64,000 bases of DNA, taken from positions 118,271 through 182,270 of the forward strand of contig CAZXKO010000038.1 in assembly GCA_964641665.1 (NCBI GenBank), given 5' to 3'. The DNA comes from an uncultured Acidobacteriaceae bacterium. GTDB taxonomy: Bacteria > Acidobacteriota > Terriglobia > Terriglobales > Acidobacteriaceae. Under the pieces are notes generated by a model, which was not told where the DNA came from, did no database searches, and worked only from the letters and a program-made list of their open reading frames with translations. Below are positions 52,258 through 61,778 of this stretch, piece by piece (position 1 is the first letter of the stretch; the number at the start of each line of letters is the position of its first letter). The position numbers and the translations under genes were made by a program.

Positions 52258-55146
52258 TTACCCCAAGGCCTCTTTGACTGCTGCCAGCAACGTGTTCAGC
52301 CCAGTATGGAGATCGGCGCCGAGATGCACACGCAGGGCGCGGCGGCCGCGCTCGGCCAGAACCTGGAAATCACCGCGAGCCTGTGCGGCCTTCACGGTGC
52401 CGAACGTGTACTTCTGTCCGGGCACGGGCAGGTCGTTGGCGTCGTCGCACGTCAACTGCAGGAACACACCGGAATTGGGGCCGCCTTTGTAGGCCTGTCC
52501 AGTGGAGTGCAAAAAGCGCGGACCAAAGCCGAGGCAGGTGGCGACGTGCTTCTTGTCGCGCACGGCGTGCCGGATCGCCTGCAGTTGCTGCTCGTGCTGG
52601 TCGTTCATCTGGATGTAGCCGAGCAGCGCGAAGTAGTCACCGGGTTGCAGGCGGCCGAGATGGGCTTTCAGATAGCCAACCAGAGAGTTGGACGCGGTTG
52701 CCTTCGCGAGTGCGCCGGCGTTCTTGTCGTCGGTGAAGAGCTTTACCCCTTTGTCTTCGAGAACGGGCTTCTCGGCTGGAAGGGAGCCGCTCTTCTCGTA
52801 TTCGGACGTCAGGCTCTTCGTGGCGATCTTGCTGGCCTCGACGTCGGGCTGGTTGAAGGCGTTGATGCCGATGACCGAGCCAGCGACGGCGGTGGCGATT
52901 TCCCAGCGGAAGAATTCTTGGCCGAGGTCGTAGGTGTCGGCGAGTGAGATGCGAACCACGGGATGGCCAGCCTTCTCCAGGATGGCGACTTTGGCGTCCT
53001 GATCGGCGTCGGGTGCGGATTCGAGCCGGAGGTAGGCGAAGACGCGGTCGGTGCCGTAGACCTCAGTCGCGCCGGTGGTCTCACGGTCGACGGGGATGAT
53101 GCCTTTGCCTTGCTTGCCGGTCGATTCGGCGAGCAACTGCTCGAGCCAGGCGCCGAGATCAGAGATTCCCGGCGAGGTGATGATGGTAACTTTGTCGCGG
53201 CCAGACTTGGCGGCGGTGCCGAGGATCAGGCCTAGAACTACGCCCGGATTCTCTTCGACCGGAACGCAGGAGGCGCAGGCTTGCACCATTTCATCGGTGC
53301 GGTCGAGGAATTTCTTCGTGTCGAGGCCCATGACCGCGGCGGGCACCATGCCGAAGTTGGACAGCGCTGAGTAGCGACCGCCGATGCTGGGGAGCCCAAA
53401 GAAGACGTGGCGGAACTTGTCGGCTTCGGCGACCTGCTGCATTTTGGATCCGGGATCGGTGATGGCGATGAAGCGGCTGCCAGCCTTGTCGGCGCCGAGA
53501 GTCTGCTTTACGCGCTCAAAGAAATACTGCTTGAAGATGTTCGGCTCGAGGGTGCTGCCGGACTTGCTGGAAACGATGAACAGGGTCTTCACCAAGTCGA
53601 TCTTGTTTTCGAAAGACTTGATCTGCGCCGGGTCGGTGGAGTCGAGCACATGCAGTTCGGGGAATCCGGCAATCTTGCCGTAGGTCAAGCGAAGGACTTC
53701 GGGACAGAGGCTGGAGCCGCCCATGCCGAGCAGCAAAATGTGCTCGAAGCCACCCGATTTCGCGTCTTCCGAAACCTTGCGCAGGTTATCGTTATGCGAG
53801 ATCTCATCGTCTGCAATGCCCAGCCAGCCCAACCAATTGGCTTCGTCGGTACCGGTCCAGAGCGCGGCGTCGCGCTGCCATAAACGGCGGACTTTTCCGT
53901 TGGCGCGCCAATCGTCGATGGCCGTCTTGACGGAGGCCGACAATTGCGGGGGAAGCGTATAGGTTTGGCGGCTGACACGCGGTGTGATCGCGGACTTGCT
54001 CGACTTCTCCACCGCGGCCAACAACTGATCGAAGGCATCCGCGAACAGCTTCACGCCGTCGTTGGTCAGCTTGTCGGTAACTTCTTTCATCGAGATGCCG
54101 ACTTTTGGCAAGGTATCCATGGTTGCTTTCGCGGCGGCGATGTCTTCGGTCAGGCTGTTGCGCAACTTGCCGTGATCGCGGAAGGCGTCGAGGGTGGCGG
54201 GAGGAATCGTGTTGACGGTGTCTTTGCCGATCAACTCCTCGACGTACAAGACGTCGCGATAGTTTGGATTCTTGGTGCTGGTGCTGGCCCAGAGCACGCG
54301 CTGGGTCTGCGCACCTTTTTTGGCAAGAGCCTCCCAACGCGGTCCGCTGAAGATGGCGAGGTAGCGCTGGTAGGTGAGCTTTCCATTGGCGATGGCGACC
54401 TTTCCGAAGACTGTCTTGAGCAGCGCCTGCTGGGCGGGATCACTCGTGTTCTTGAGCTTTTCTCCCACGATGGAATCGATGAGGGTGTCGATGCGGCTGA
54501 TGAAGAAGCTGGCGACGCTCGCGACCCGGCGGAGATCGCCGCCGCTGGAGGCCAATTGTTCCAAGCCGGCGATGTAGGCGTCGGCTACTTGTTCGTAGAC
54601 CGGTTGCGCAAAGAGCAGGGTGACGTTGATGTTGATGCCTTCGCTGATCAGCTGTTTGATCGCCGGGATTCCTTCGGCCGTTCCGGGCACCTTGATCATC
54701 ACATTTTCGCGACCGACGGCTTTCCACAGGCGACGCGCCTCTTGAATGGTGGCGTCGGTTTCGCGGGCGAGATACGGCGAGACTTCCAGGCTTACGAAGC
54801 CGTCCTTACGCTGCGCGCTGTCGTAGACCGGGCGCATCAGATCGGTGGCGTCCTGGATGTCGCGAATGGCGAGCAGTTCGTAGCGCGCCTTGGCGTCGAG
54901 ATCGGTTCTGGATTTCAGCGAATTCAGGAAATCGGTGTAATCGGTGCTGCCGGCGATGGCTTTTTCAAAGATGGACGGGTTTGATGTCATGCCACGCAGG
55001 CCGTCTTCCTCGATCAGACGCTTGAGTTCGCCGCTGGTGATCAGGTTGCGCCGAATGTAATCCAGCCACACCGACTGGCCATACTTCAGGAGATCCTTGA
55101 GGGGGTTGACGGCCTTGGCGGTTTCAAGAGTGCCAGTCGGATTCAT
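52258..55146 (-). CDS. bifunctional transaldolase / glucose-6-phosphate isomerase
   Basis: 962 aa. N-terminal transaldolase (QSVWLDYIRR..GMTSNPSIFEKAI) and C-terminal PGI (FIVSSKSGSTLEPN, GGRYSALS). Confidence 0.9.
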   Translation of the reverse strand: MNPTGTLETAKAVNPLKDLLKYGQSVWLDYIRRNLITSGELKRLIEEDGLRGMTSNPSIFEKAIAGSTDYTDFLNSLKSRTDLDAKARYELLAIRDIQDATDLMRPVYDSAQRKDGFVSLEVSPYLARETDATIQEARRLWKAVGRENVMIKVPGTAEGIPAIKQLISEGININVTLLFAQPVYEQVADAYIAGLEQLASSGGDLRRVASVASFFISRIDTLIDSIVGEKLKNTSDPAQQALLKTVFGKVAIANGKLTYQRYLAIFSGPRWEALAKKGAQTQRVLWASTSTKNPNYRDVLYVEELIGKDTVNTIPPATLDAFRDHGKLRNSLTEDIAAAKATMDTLPKVGISMKEVTDKLTNDGVKLFADAFDQLLAAVEKSSKSAITPRVSRQTYTLPPQLSASVKTAIDDWRANGKVRRLWQRDAALWTGTDEANWLGWLGIADDEISHNDNLRKVSEDAKSGGFEHILLLGMGGSSLCPEVLRLTYGKIAGFPELHVLDSTDPAQIKSFENKIDLVKTLFIVSSKSGSTLEPNIFKQYFFERVKQTLGADKAGSRFIAITDPGSKMQQVAEADKFRHVFFGLPSIGGRYSALSNFGMVPAAVMGLDTKKFLDRTDEMVQACASCVPVEENPGVVLGLILGTAAKSGRDKVTIITSPGISDLGAWLEQLLAESTGKQGKGIIPVDRETTGATEVYGTDRVFAYLRLESAPDADQDAKVAILEKAGHPVVRISLADTYDLGQEFFRWEIATAVAGSVIGINAFNQPDVEASKIATKSLTSEYEKSGSLPAEKPVLEDKGVKLFTDDKNAGALAKATASNSLVGYLKAHLGRLQPGDYFALLGYIQMNDQHEQQLQAIRHAVRDKKHVATCLGFGPRFLHSTGQAYKGGPNSGVFLQLTCDDANDLPVPGQKYTFGTVKAAQARGDFQVLAERGRRALRVHLGADLHTGLNTLLAAVKEALG

Positions 55147-55209
55147 TGCGATCCTCCAAATAGAAAGCTAAGAGCCACGAGCTTCGAGCGTCGAGCCATT
55201 GCGGTGAAG

Positions 55210-57291
55210 CTACTTCGCTGCTATCACCCGGCGAGCGGCCGCCACAACGGCGTCGGCGCTGAAGCCGAATTTTTTCAGCAGGTCCTTCAATGGGGCCGAG
55301 GCGCCGAAGCTGTGCATGCCGATCATCTGTCCCTTGGGGCCGACGTAACGCTCCCAGCCGAGGGTGGCGGCCATTTCGACGGAGACGCGTGCAGTAACGT
55401 TCGGCGGAAGAACGCTGTTCTTGTACGCTTGGTCCTGCTGCTCGAACACTTCCCACGATGGCATGCTTACGACCCTGGCGTTGATGCCTTCGGCCTTCAG
55501 GCGCTCGTAAGCATCGACGCAGAGGGAGAGTTCGCTACCGGTTCCCATCAGGATGACGTCGGGCTTGCCGCCGGGAGCGTCGGCGAGCACGTAGGCGCCC
55601 TTGGCAACGCCGGAGGCGGAAGCGTACTTCGATCGGTCGAGCGTGGGCATCGCCTGGCGCGAGAGCACCAATAGAGACGGGCCATGCTGAATCTGCATGA
55701 CGACTTTCCACGCCTCCACCACCTCGTTCGCATCGCCCGGACGGAAGATGGTTGTGTTCGGGACGGCGCGAAGCGAAGCCAGTTGCTCGATGGGCTGATG
55801 AGTGGGTCCATCTTCGCCTAGACCGATCGAGTCGTGCGTAAAAACCTGGATGACGGGAATCTCCATCAGCGCGGCCAGGCGGATTGTGGGGCGCAGGTAG
55901 TCGCTGAAATTGAAGAATGTCGCGCCGAACGGGCGGAGCTTCGAGACCGCCATACCGTTCACAGCCGCGCCCATCGCATGTTCGCGCACCCCGAAATGAA
56001 GGTTCCGTCCGCCATAGGAGCCAGCAGCGAAATCGCCAGCGCCTTCGAATTTGAGCGTGGTCTTGTTGGAGTTGCCGAGGTCAGCCGAGCCGCCGATCAG
56101 CCAGGGAATGTTCTGGGCTAGAACGTTCAGAACTTTTCCGGAGCTTTCGCGAGTTGCGACACCTTTGGGGTCTGCAGGAAAGGTGGGGAGGTTCTTGTCC
56201 CAGCCATCGGGAAGGGCGCGGCGCTGCATGCGATCGATCTGGTCGGCGAGTTGCGGGTATTGTTTCGCGTAGTCAGCGAACCTCTTCTCCCATTGCTTGC
56301 TCAGATCGTGGCCGCGTCTGCCGATGCCTTCGCGGAAGTGCTCGAGCACTCCTTCGGGAACCAGGAATTTCGCGTCCTCGGGCCAGCCGTAGTTCTTCTT
56401 GGTGAGCCGAACTTCTTCTTCGCCCAAGGGCTCGCCGTGGGCCTCGCTGCTGTCGTGTTTGTGGGGAGAGCCGTAGCCGATGTGGCTGTCGACCACGATG
56501 AGCGTCGGCCGGTCGGTCGTTTCGTGGAAGGTCTGGTAGGCACGGGCCAGCATGCCAACGTCGTTGGCGTCGCTCACGCGAGTGACGTTCCATCCGTAGC
56601 CGACGAAACGGGTCATCACATCTTCGCTGAAGGACCACGAGGCCGGACCGTCGAGGGTGACCCGGTTGTTGTCGTAAATCCAGCAGAGATTCGATAGCTT
56701 TAGGTGGCCCGCAAGGGAGGCAGCTTCGCTGGCGACCCCTTCCATGAGATCGCCGTCGCCGCAAACCGTGTACACGTTGTAGTTGAAGATTTCGAAGCCG
56801 GGGCGATTGTAGTTGGCTGCCAGCCAACGCTCGCTGATGGCCATGCCAACGCTGTTTCCCGTGCCCTGGCCGAGGGGCCCGGTGGTAGTTTCCACGCCGG
56901 CGGTGAGGTGCGACTCGGGATGTCCGGGAGTCCGGCTTTCGAGCTGGCGGAAGCGCTTGATCTGGTCCAAGGAAACGGAGAGCTCTCTGGTGACTTCGCC
57001 CGCCGCGTTGACGAGACGCACACCCGTCAAATAGAGGGTGGCGTAAAGGAGCATCGAAGCGTGCCCCGCGGAAAGGACAAAGCGGTCGCGGTTGGGCCAG
57101 ATGGGATTCTCGGGGTCATAGCGAAGGACGTTCTGCCAGAGAGAGTAAGCGACGGGGGCCAAGCCCATGGGTGCGCCAGGATGACCGGAGTTGGCTTGCT
57201 GGACGGCATCGATCGCCAAAGTGCGGATGGTGTTGATGCATAGCAGGTCCAGCTGTTTGCCGGTCACGACGGTCTGCTCACTGGCGACCAT
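55210..57291 (-). CDS. tkt: transketolase
   Basis: 693 aa. ANSGHPGAPMG, GDGDLMEG (ThDP motif) and EDGPTHQPIEQ. Confidence 0.95.
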   Translation of the reverse strand: MVASEQTVVTGKQLDLLCINTIRTLAIDAVQQANSGHPGAPMGLAPVAYSLWQNVLRYDPENPIWPNRDRFVLSAGHASMLLYATLYLTGVRLVNAAGEVTRELSVSLDQIKRFRQLESRTPGHPESHLTAGVETTTGPLGQGTGNSVGMAISERWLAANYNRPGFEIFNYNVYTVCGDGDLMEGVASEAASLAGHLKLSNLCWIYDNNRVTLDGPASWSFSEDVMTRFVGYGWNVTRVSDANDVGMLARAYQTFHETTDRPTLIVVDSHIGYGSPHKHDSSEAHGEPLGEEEVRLTKKNYGWPEDAKFLVPEGVLEHFREGIGRRGHDLSKQWEKRFADYAKQYPQLADQIDRMQRRALPDGWDKNLPTFPADPKGVATRESSGKVLNVLAQNIPWLIGGSADLGNSNKTTLKFEGAGDFAAGSYGGRNLHFGVREHAMGAAVNGMAVSKLRPFGATFFNFSDYLRPTIRLAALMEIPVIQVFTHDSIGLGEDGPTHQPIEQLASLRAVPNTTIFRPGDANEVVEAWKVVMQIQHGPSLLVLSRQAMPTLDRSKYASASGVAKGAYVLADAPGGKPDVILMGTGSELSLCVDAYERLKAEGINARVVSMPSWEVFEQQDQAYKNSVLPPNVTARVSVEMAATLGWERYVGPKGQMIGMHSFGASAPLKDLLKKFGFSADAVVAAARRVIAAK

Positions 57292-57540
57292 GAAGGTACT
57301 CCTCCTCTGGGGGACGGCGACGAGCCGTCGGTATCAGCGCTTGAGAGTGTTCTACCGAATTCGATTGCGAATGGGTAACAGAGGTTTCAATCCAAATAAT
57401 GCATAGAGTGTACCAATTTCCCGCACATCTGTGGGCTGGCGGCTTGCCTGGAGAGAGGGTGGTTTGTGAATTCTCTGTGAATATGGCAGGAACTTCTATC
57501 GCTAAACCGGAGGTAAGGCAAAACTTGAAGGGAATGCGGG

Positions 57541-58194
57541 TTACTTCTGCAGCTTTTGCAGATAACTGTACTCGCTGCTCTGGGCGCGAGTGCTGGTTTC
57601 GACGAACTTGAGGAATTGTTTCAAGGGCTCACGTTGCACCGACTCCAGGTCGAAGCGCACGCGGACACCGAAGCAGGGGTTGCTCTTGATCACGATGCCG
57701 TTGAGGATCAGGCCCTTTACCCAGACCTTGCCATTGGCGACCCAGAGGCCGATTTGCACGTCGGCTCCGCTCTTTACGGGAGTGACGGTCTCGACGTAGC
57801 AGCCGCCCATGCTGGTGTTCGACAGGTTGCCCCAGACGGGTGTTTCGGCTCCATCGACTTTCAATTCCACGGCCACAAAACACTTGATCCGAGGATAGCG
57901 GCGGCGGTCCTGTCCCCAGGAAGGCGTGAAAATGTCGGGCTCAAACGGGGGGGTAGCCGAAGCCGTGACCGGTACCGGCGCCTGAACGGGAACTGGGGCG
58001 GCACCAGAGTTCGCGGCCCCGGTCGGCTGGCTCTTGATTTCGCGCATGGCCGCGAGCAGAGCTTCTTCCCGCTTCTCCGGGGCGGCTTCGCGGTAGGTTT
58101 GCAGCAGTTGACCGAGGTGTCCCACGAGATCGGGGTCGGCGAGCAGGCGAGTCCAATCTGTGCCTGGGGTAGTGGGCGTTTTGGAATCGCTCAT
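57541..58194 (-). CDS. PilZ domain protein
   Basis: C-terminal RRRYPRIK ... NTSMGGCYVE. Paralogous to the C-terminal domain of 43567-44220. Confidence 0.75.
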   Translation of the reverse strand: MSDSKTPTTPGTDWTRLLADPDLVGHLGQLLQTYREAAPEKREEALLAAMREIKSQPTGAANSGAAPVPVQAPVPVTASATPPFEPDIFTPSWGQDRRRYPRIKCFVAVELKVDGAETPVWGNLSNTSMGGCYVETVTPVKSGADVQIGLWVANGKVWVKGLILNGIVIKSNPCFGVRVRFDLESVQREPLKQFLKFVETSTRAQSSEYSYLQKLQK

Positions 58195-58361
58195 ACTTAG
58201 CTCAAGGTCCGCAAACAGAGAATCGAACTCAGCGGTTTCAGTGCAACGGTCAGGTTATAGGTTGAGGCAGGAACGGCTCCCAAACAAGATGACCGAAGTT
58301 ACGGGTGTAAGGTAACCACCGGGGCGGTTACCCAGAGTTTGCCAGGGCGCCTGGGGTTCTT

Positions 58362-58730
58362 TTAGTCGGATGGTTCCAAGCCGCCGCAGAAGGTGTTGAT
58401 GGCCATCTGCTGTTCGTCGGAAAGGCCCAGAAATTCTAGGCCGTGTACAAAGCCATTCTGGTAGCGAACAATGGCCCGAACCGCCAGCGATTTGAGGGAC
58501 GAAGGGAGATGCAATTCGAGGGAAACGACTTCCCCCGGCGGCACTGCTCCATTCAGGACGGTGCCGATGCCGCCCAGTCCGATGTCGCTACACCGGCCCT
58601 GGATCTCGGCGTAGCCGTCGTCACGAAGGGCCGTGGCTTTCAACGGGAAGTCAGCACGATAGCGAGGGTGGCGACGGCGCCAGCTTTTCTGCTTGAGGCG
58701 CCGAACCTTCTCTAATAAGGGAGTACTCAT
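58362..58730 (-). CDS. single-domain PilZ protein
   Basis: 122 aa. RRRHPRYR ... SDIGLGGIG (the second motif is variant, with G in place of S). Confidence 0.75.
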   Translation of the reverse strand: MSTPLLEKVRRLKQKSWRRRHPRYRADFPLKATALRDDGYAEIQGRCSDIGLGGIGTVLNGAVPPGEVVSLELHLPSSLKSLAVRAIVRYQNGFVHGLEFLGLSDEQQMAINTFCGGLEPSD

Positions 58731-59046
58731 GCCGTCGCCATCTCTTGAGCCAAGGTCCAGCCTACTCGCCCGCGACGCTGGAGAAAAAGTATCGAAGGTA
58801 ATAGATTTCTACAGGTCCGGAATCGTGGAGCCTGGATGGACCATTGATGAACGATTCACAAGCCCAGTTTTTGGGTTGCGGCTGAGGAGGTTCGCAGCGC
58901 GCGCTTTGAAGCACATGCAGACGTGATGATCAACCTTTTTGCATCGCAGGTGAATGTAAGTGAATCAGAATACGAGTGTTGTGTCGGGTTTAGCGGCGCC
59001 CGGGGCGCGCGTCTGCTCCTTTAAGAGCAGGTTTCTTCAAGAGATC

Positions 59047-60495
59047 ATGCCGACCAAGTTTCCCAGGAGTTTTGTCTTTGTTTTGTGCTGCGTCCTTTCG
59101 GGTCTTCGTCCCGAGTTGGGGTGGACGCAAACCAGCGCGGGGCCGACGGGTTCGTCGGTGCAGGTGACCATCCCACCTTCCGTCTCGCAGAATGGCTTTA
59201 CGGGCAGCGTGCCTGAGAGCAAGGCCACCTCTGAAGTTCTGGCAATTTCGTTTCTGGACGCGATCGATCGAGGGCTGAAACAGAACCTGGGATTGTTGCT
59301 TTCGAGCGACAACACGCTGGCGGCGCGGGGAGAGAGGTGGAAGGAACTCAGCAACCTGCTTCCGAACCTGGAGGCGAAGGGCCAGGAGACCGCGCAGGAG
59401 ACGAGTGCAGCCGCCTTGGGCTTTCGTCTTCCCCAGATTCCGCGGGTCATCGGACCATTTAACTATTTTGACGCCAGGGTGTTTTGGAACCAGTCCGTCT
59501 TCAACTGGAATTACATCCAGAAAGAACGGGCGGCAGCGGAAAGTGTGAAAGCCGCGGAATACTCTTATAAAGATGCCCGTGAACTGGTGGTGCTGGTCGC
59601 CGGGAATGCCTACCTGCAGGCGATCGCCGGTGCGGCGCGTGTAGAGACAGCCGAGGCGCAGCTGAAGACTGCGCAGGCCCTGTACGACCGGGCTGTAGAT
59701 CAACAGAGGGCCGGAGTGAGTCCCGCCATTGACGCGCTGAGATCGCAGGTTGAACTGCAGAGCCGGAAACAGCAATTGATCGCAGCCCGCAACGATTTCG
59801 CGAAGCAGAAGCTGTCGTTGTCGCGCATCATCGGGCTTGCGCTGGGGCAGGAGTTCACCCTTTCGGACAAAGCACCGTACGAGATCTTTGTTGCCCCCAG
59901 CCTGGAAGAAAGCTTGCAGCGTGCGTACGCGTCGCGGCCCGATTACCAGGCAGCGTTGGCGCAAGTGCGGGCAGCAGAATTGTCGCGGCGGGCGGCGACC
60001 GCAGAACACTATCCTACGTTTGATATCGAGGGCGACTACGGCGATGTGGGGGTGACGCCCGCGACTTCGAACGGCACGTTTCATGTTGCCGGAACGGTCA
60101 CAGTGCCGATTTTTCGGGGAGGGAAGGCACACGCCGACGTCCTTGAGGCGGAAGCGACTCTGCGCCAAGCCAAGGCACGACTGGAGGACCTGCGTGGTCA
60201 GATCGACAACGATATTCGGAGTGCCTTGCTCGACCTGAACGCGGCAGCCGATCAGGTTGAGGTGGCGAGAAGTTCGGTGGATCTGGCAGAACAGACTCTC
60301 ACGCAAGCGCAAGATCGTTTTACCGCGGGCGTGACCGACAATCTCGAAGTGGTGCAGGCGCAGGAATCGGTGGCCAGCGCGCACGAAAACTATATCTCCA
60401 GCCTTTACGCTCACAATCTGGCCAAGGTGGAACTGGCCCGTTCTCTAGGGAACGCCGAGCAAGGCGTAAAGCAATATTTAAGCAAAGGCAAATAG
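59047..60495 (+). CDS. TolC-family outer membrane efflux protein
   Basis: Start at MPTKFPRSFVFVLCCVL (the ORF is open from 58960). Two-repeat TolC architecture. Confidence 0.85.
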   Translation: MPTKFPRSFVFVLCCVLSGLRPELGWTQTSAGPTGSSVQVTIPPSVSQNGFTGSVPESKATSEVLAISFLDAIDRGLKQNLGLLLSSDNTLAARGERWKELSNLLPNLEAKGQETAQETSAAALGFRLPQIPRVIGPFNYFDARVFWNQSVFNWNYIQKERAAAESVKAAEYSYKDARELVVLVAGNAYLQAIAGAARVETAEAQLKTAQALYDRAVDQQRAGVSPAIDALRSQVELQSRKQQLIAARNDFAKQKLSLSRIIGLALGQEFTLSDKAPYEIFVAPSLEESLQRAYASRPDYQAALAQVRAAELSRRAATAEHYPTFDIEGDYGDVGVTPATSNGTFHVAGTVTVPIFRGGKAHADVLEAEATLRQAKARLEDLRGQIDNDIRSALLDLNAAADQVEVARSSVDLAEQTLTQAQDRFTAGVTDNLEVVQAQESVASAHENYISSLYAHNLAKVELARSLGNAEQGVKQYLSKGK

Positions 60496-60497
60496 AC

Positions 60498-61778
60498 ATG
60501 GAACCTACGACGAAAACCATGCCGGAACACCCGCCGCAGGCGAGCTCCTCAGCACCGGCTGCAGCGCCGCTACCGGCCTCGGAAAAAGATCTTCACGCGC
60601 ACCTTTCACGGCGCAACGACCCACGTTTTCGGATGTTTCTCATCCTCGGATTGATTGTGCTGGCAGTGGTGGGCGTTTTTCTGTGGCGCTACTTCTCGAG
60701 CTACGAATCTACCGATGATGCTCAGATCGACGGTCATGTCAACTCGGTCAGTGCTCGCGTGGCGGGCCACATCCTGAAGTTGAACGTGCAAGACAACCAG
60801 TATGCCGAAGCGGGAACGGTGTTGGCCGAAATTGATCCCACCGACTACCAGGTGGCGGTCGAACGGGCGCAGGCGGACTACAACGATGCGAAAGCGACGG
60901 GGGACGCGGCGTCGGTAAATGTGCCCATCATTTCAGTGGATACCACCAGTCAACTATCATCCGCCGATGCGGACGTCCTAGGAACGCAGGCTGGAATCAA
61001 GGCTGCGCGTCAGCAGTTTGAGGCGGCCAAGGCCAACCTTCAGGAGGCGGAAGCCAATAACGTAAAAGCTCAGAACGACCTGGCGCGATACAAACAGCTG
61101 GTCGATAAGCAGGAGATTTCCCAGCAGCAGTATGACCAGGCAGTAGCGGCAGCGAAAGCCAGTGCCGCGGCGGTGGAGGGCGCGCGTGCGAATGCCGACG
61201 CCGCGCAGGCGCAGGTGGCTCAGGCCGAGAGCCGGTTCGTGCAGGCGCAGGCCAACCGGCGCTCGGCGGCCACTGGTCCGAAGCAGTTGGCGATGACGCA
61301 GGCACGGGCGGAGTCGGCACAAGCGGCCGCGCAGCGCAAGAAAGCGGACCTTGACCAGGCGATGCTGAATCTCAAGTACGCCAAAATTACCGCGCCAGTT
61401 GCGGGGATCGTCAGCAACCGCACCGTCGAGGTTGGGCAAAATGTTCAGGTGGGACAAGAACTGCTCAGCATCATTTCACTGGACGACATTTGGGTGACGG
61501 CGGATTTCAAGGAGACGCAGCTTCGTGACATGAAGAGAGGCCAGAAGGCCACGATTTACGTGGATGGCACCGACAAGAAGTACAACGGGCACGTCGATAG
61601 CTTCGCCGGCGCCAGCGGAGCACGCTTCAGTCTCCTACCGCCAGAGAATGCGACCGGAAACTATGTAAAGGTGGTGCAGCGCATTCCGGTCAAGATTGTG
61701 TTTGAACCCGGAGAGACGAAAGAGCACAAGCTGCGGCCAGGAATGTCGGTCGAGCCCAAGGTCTGGATTCGGGAATGA
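60498..61778 (+). CDS. HlyD-family secretion protein (EmrA-like adaptor)
   Basis: N-terminal TM anchor, long Ala/Gln-rich coiled coil, and C-terminal barrel with NYVKVVQRIPVKI, as in EmrA. Confidence 0.9.
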   Translation: MEPTTKTMPEHPPQASSSAPAAAPLPASEKDLHAHLSRRNDPRFRMFLILGLIVLAVVGVFLWRYFSSYESTDDAQIDGHVNSVSARVAGHILKLNVQDNQYAEAGTVLAEIDPTDYQVAVERAQADYNDAKATGDAASVNVPIISVDTTSQLSSADADVLGTQAGIKAARQQFEAAKANLQEAEANNVKAQNDLARYKQLVDKQEISQQQYDQAVAAAKASAAAVEGARANADAAQAQVAQAESRFVQAQANRRSAATGPKQLAMTQARAESAQAAAQRKKADLDQAMLNLKYAKITAPVAGIVSNRTVEVGQNVQVGQELLSIISLDDIWVTADFKETQLRDMKRGQKATIYVDGTDKKYNGHVDSFAGASGARFSLLPPENATGNYVKVVQRIPVKIVFEPGETKEHKLRPGMSVEPKVWIRE

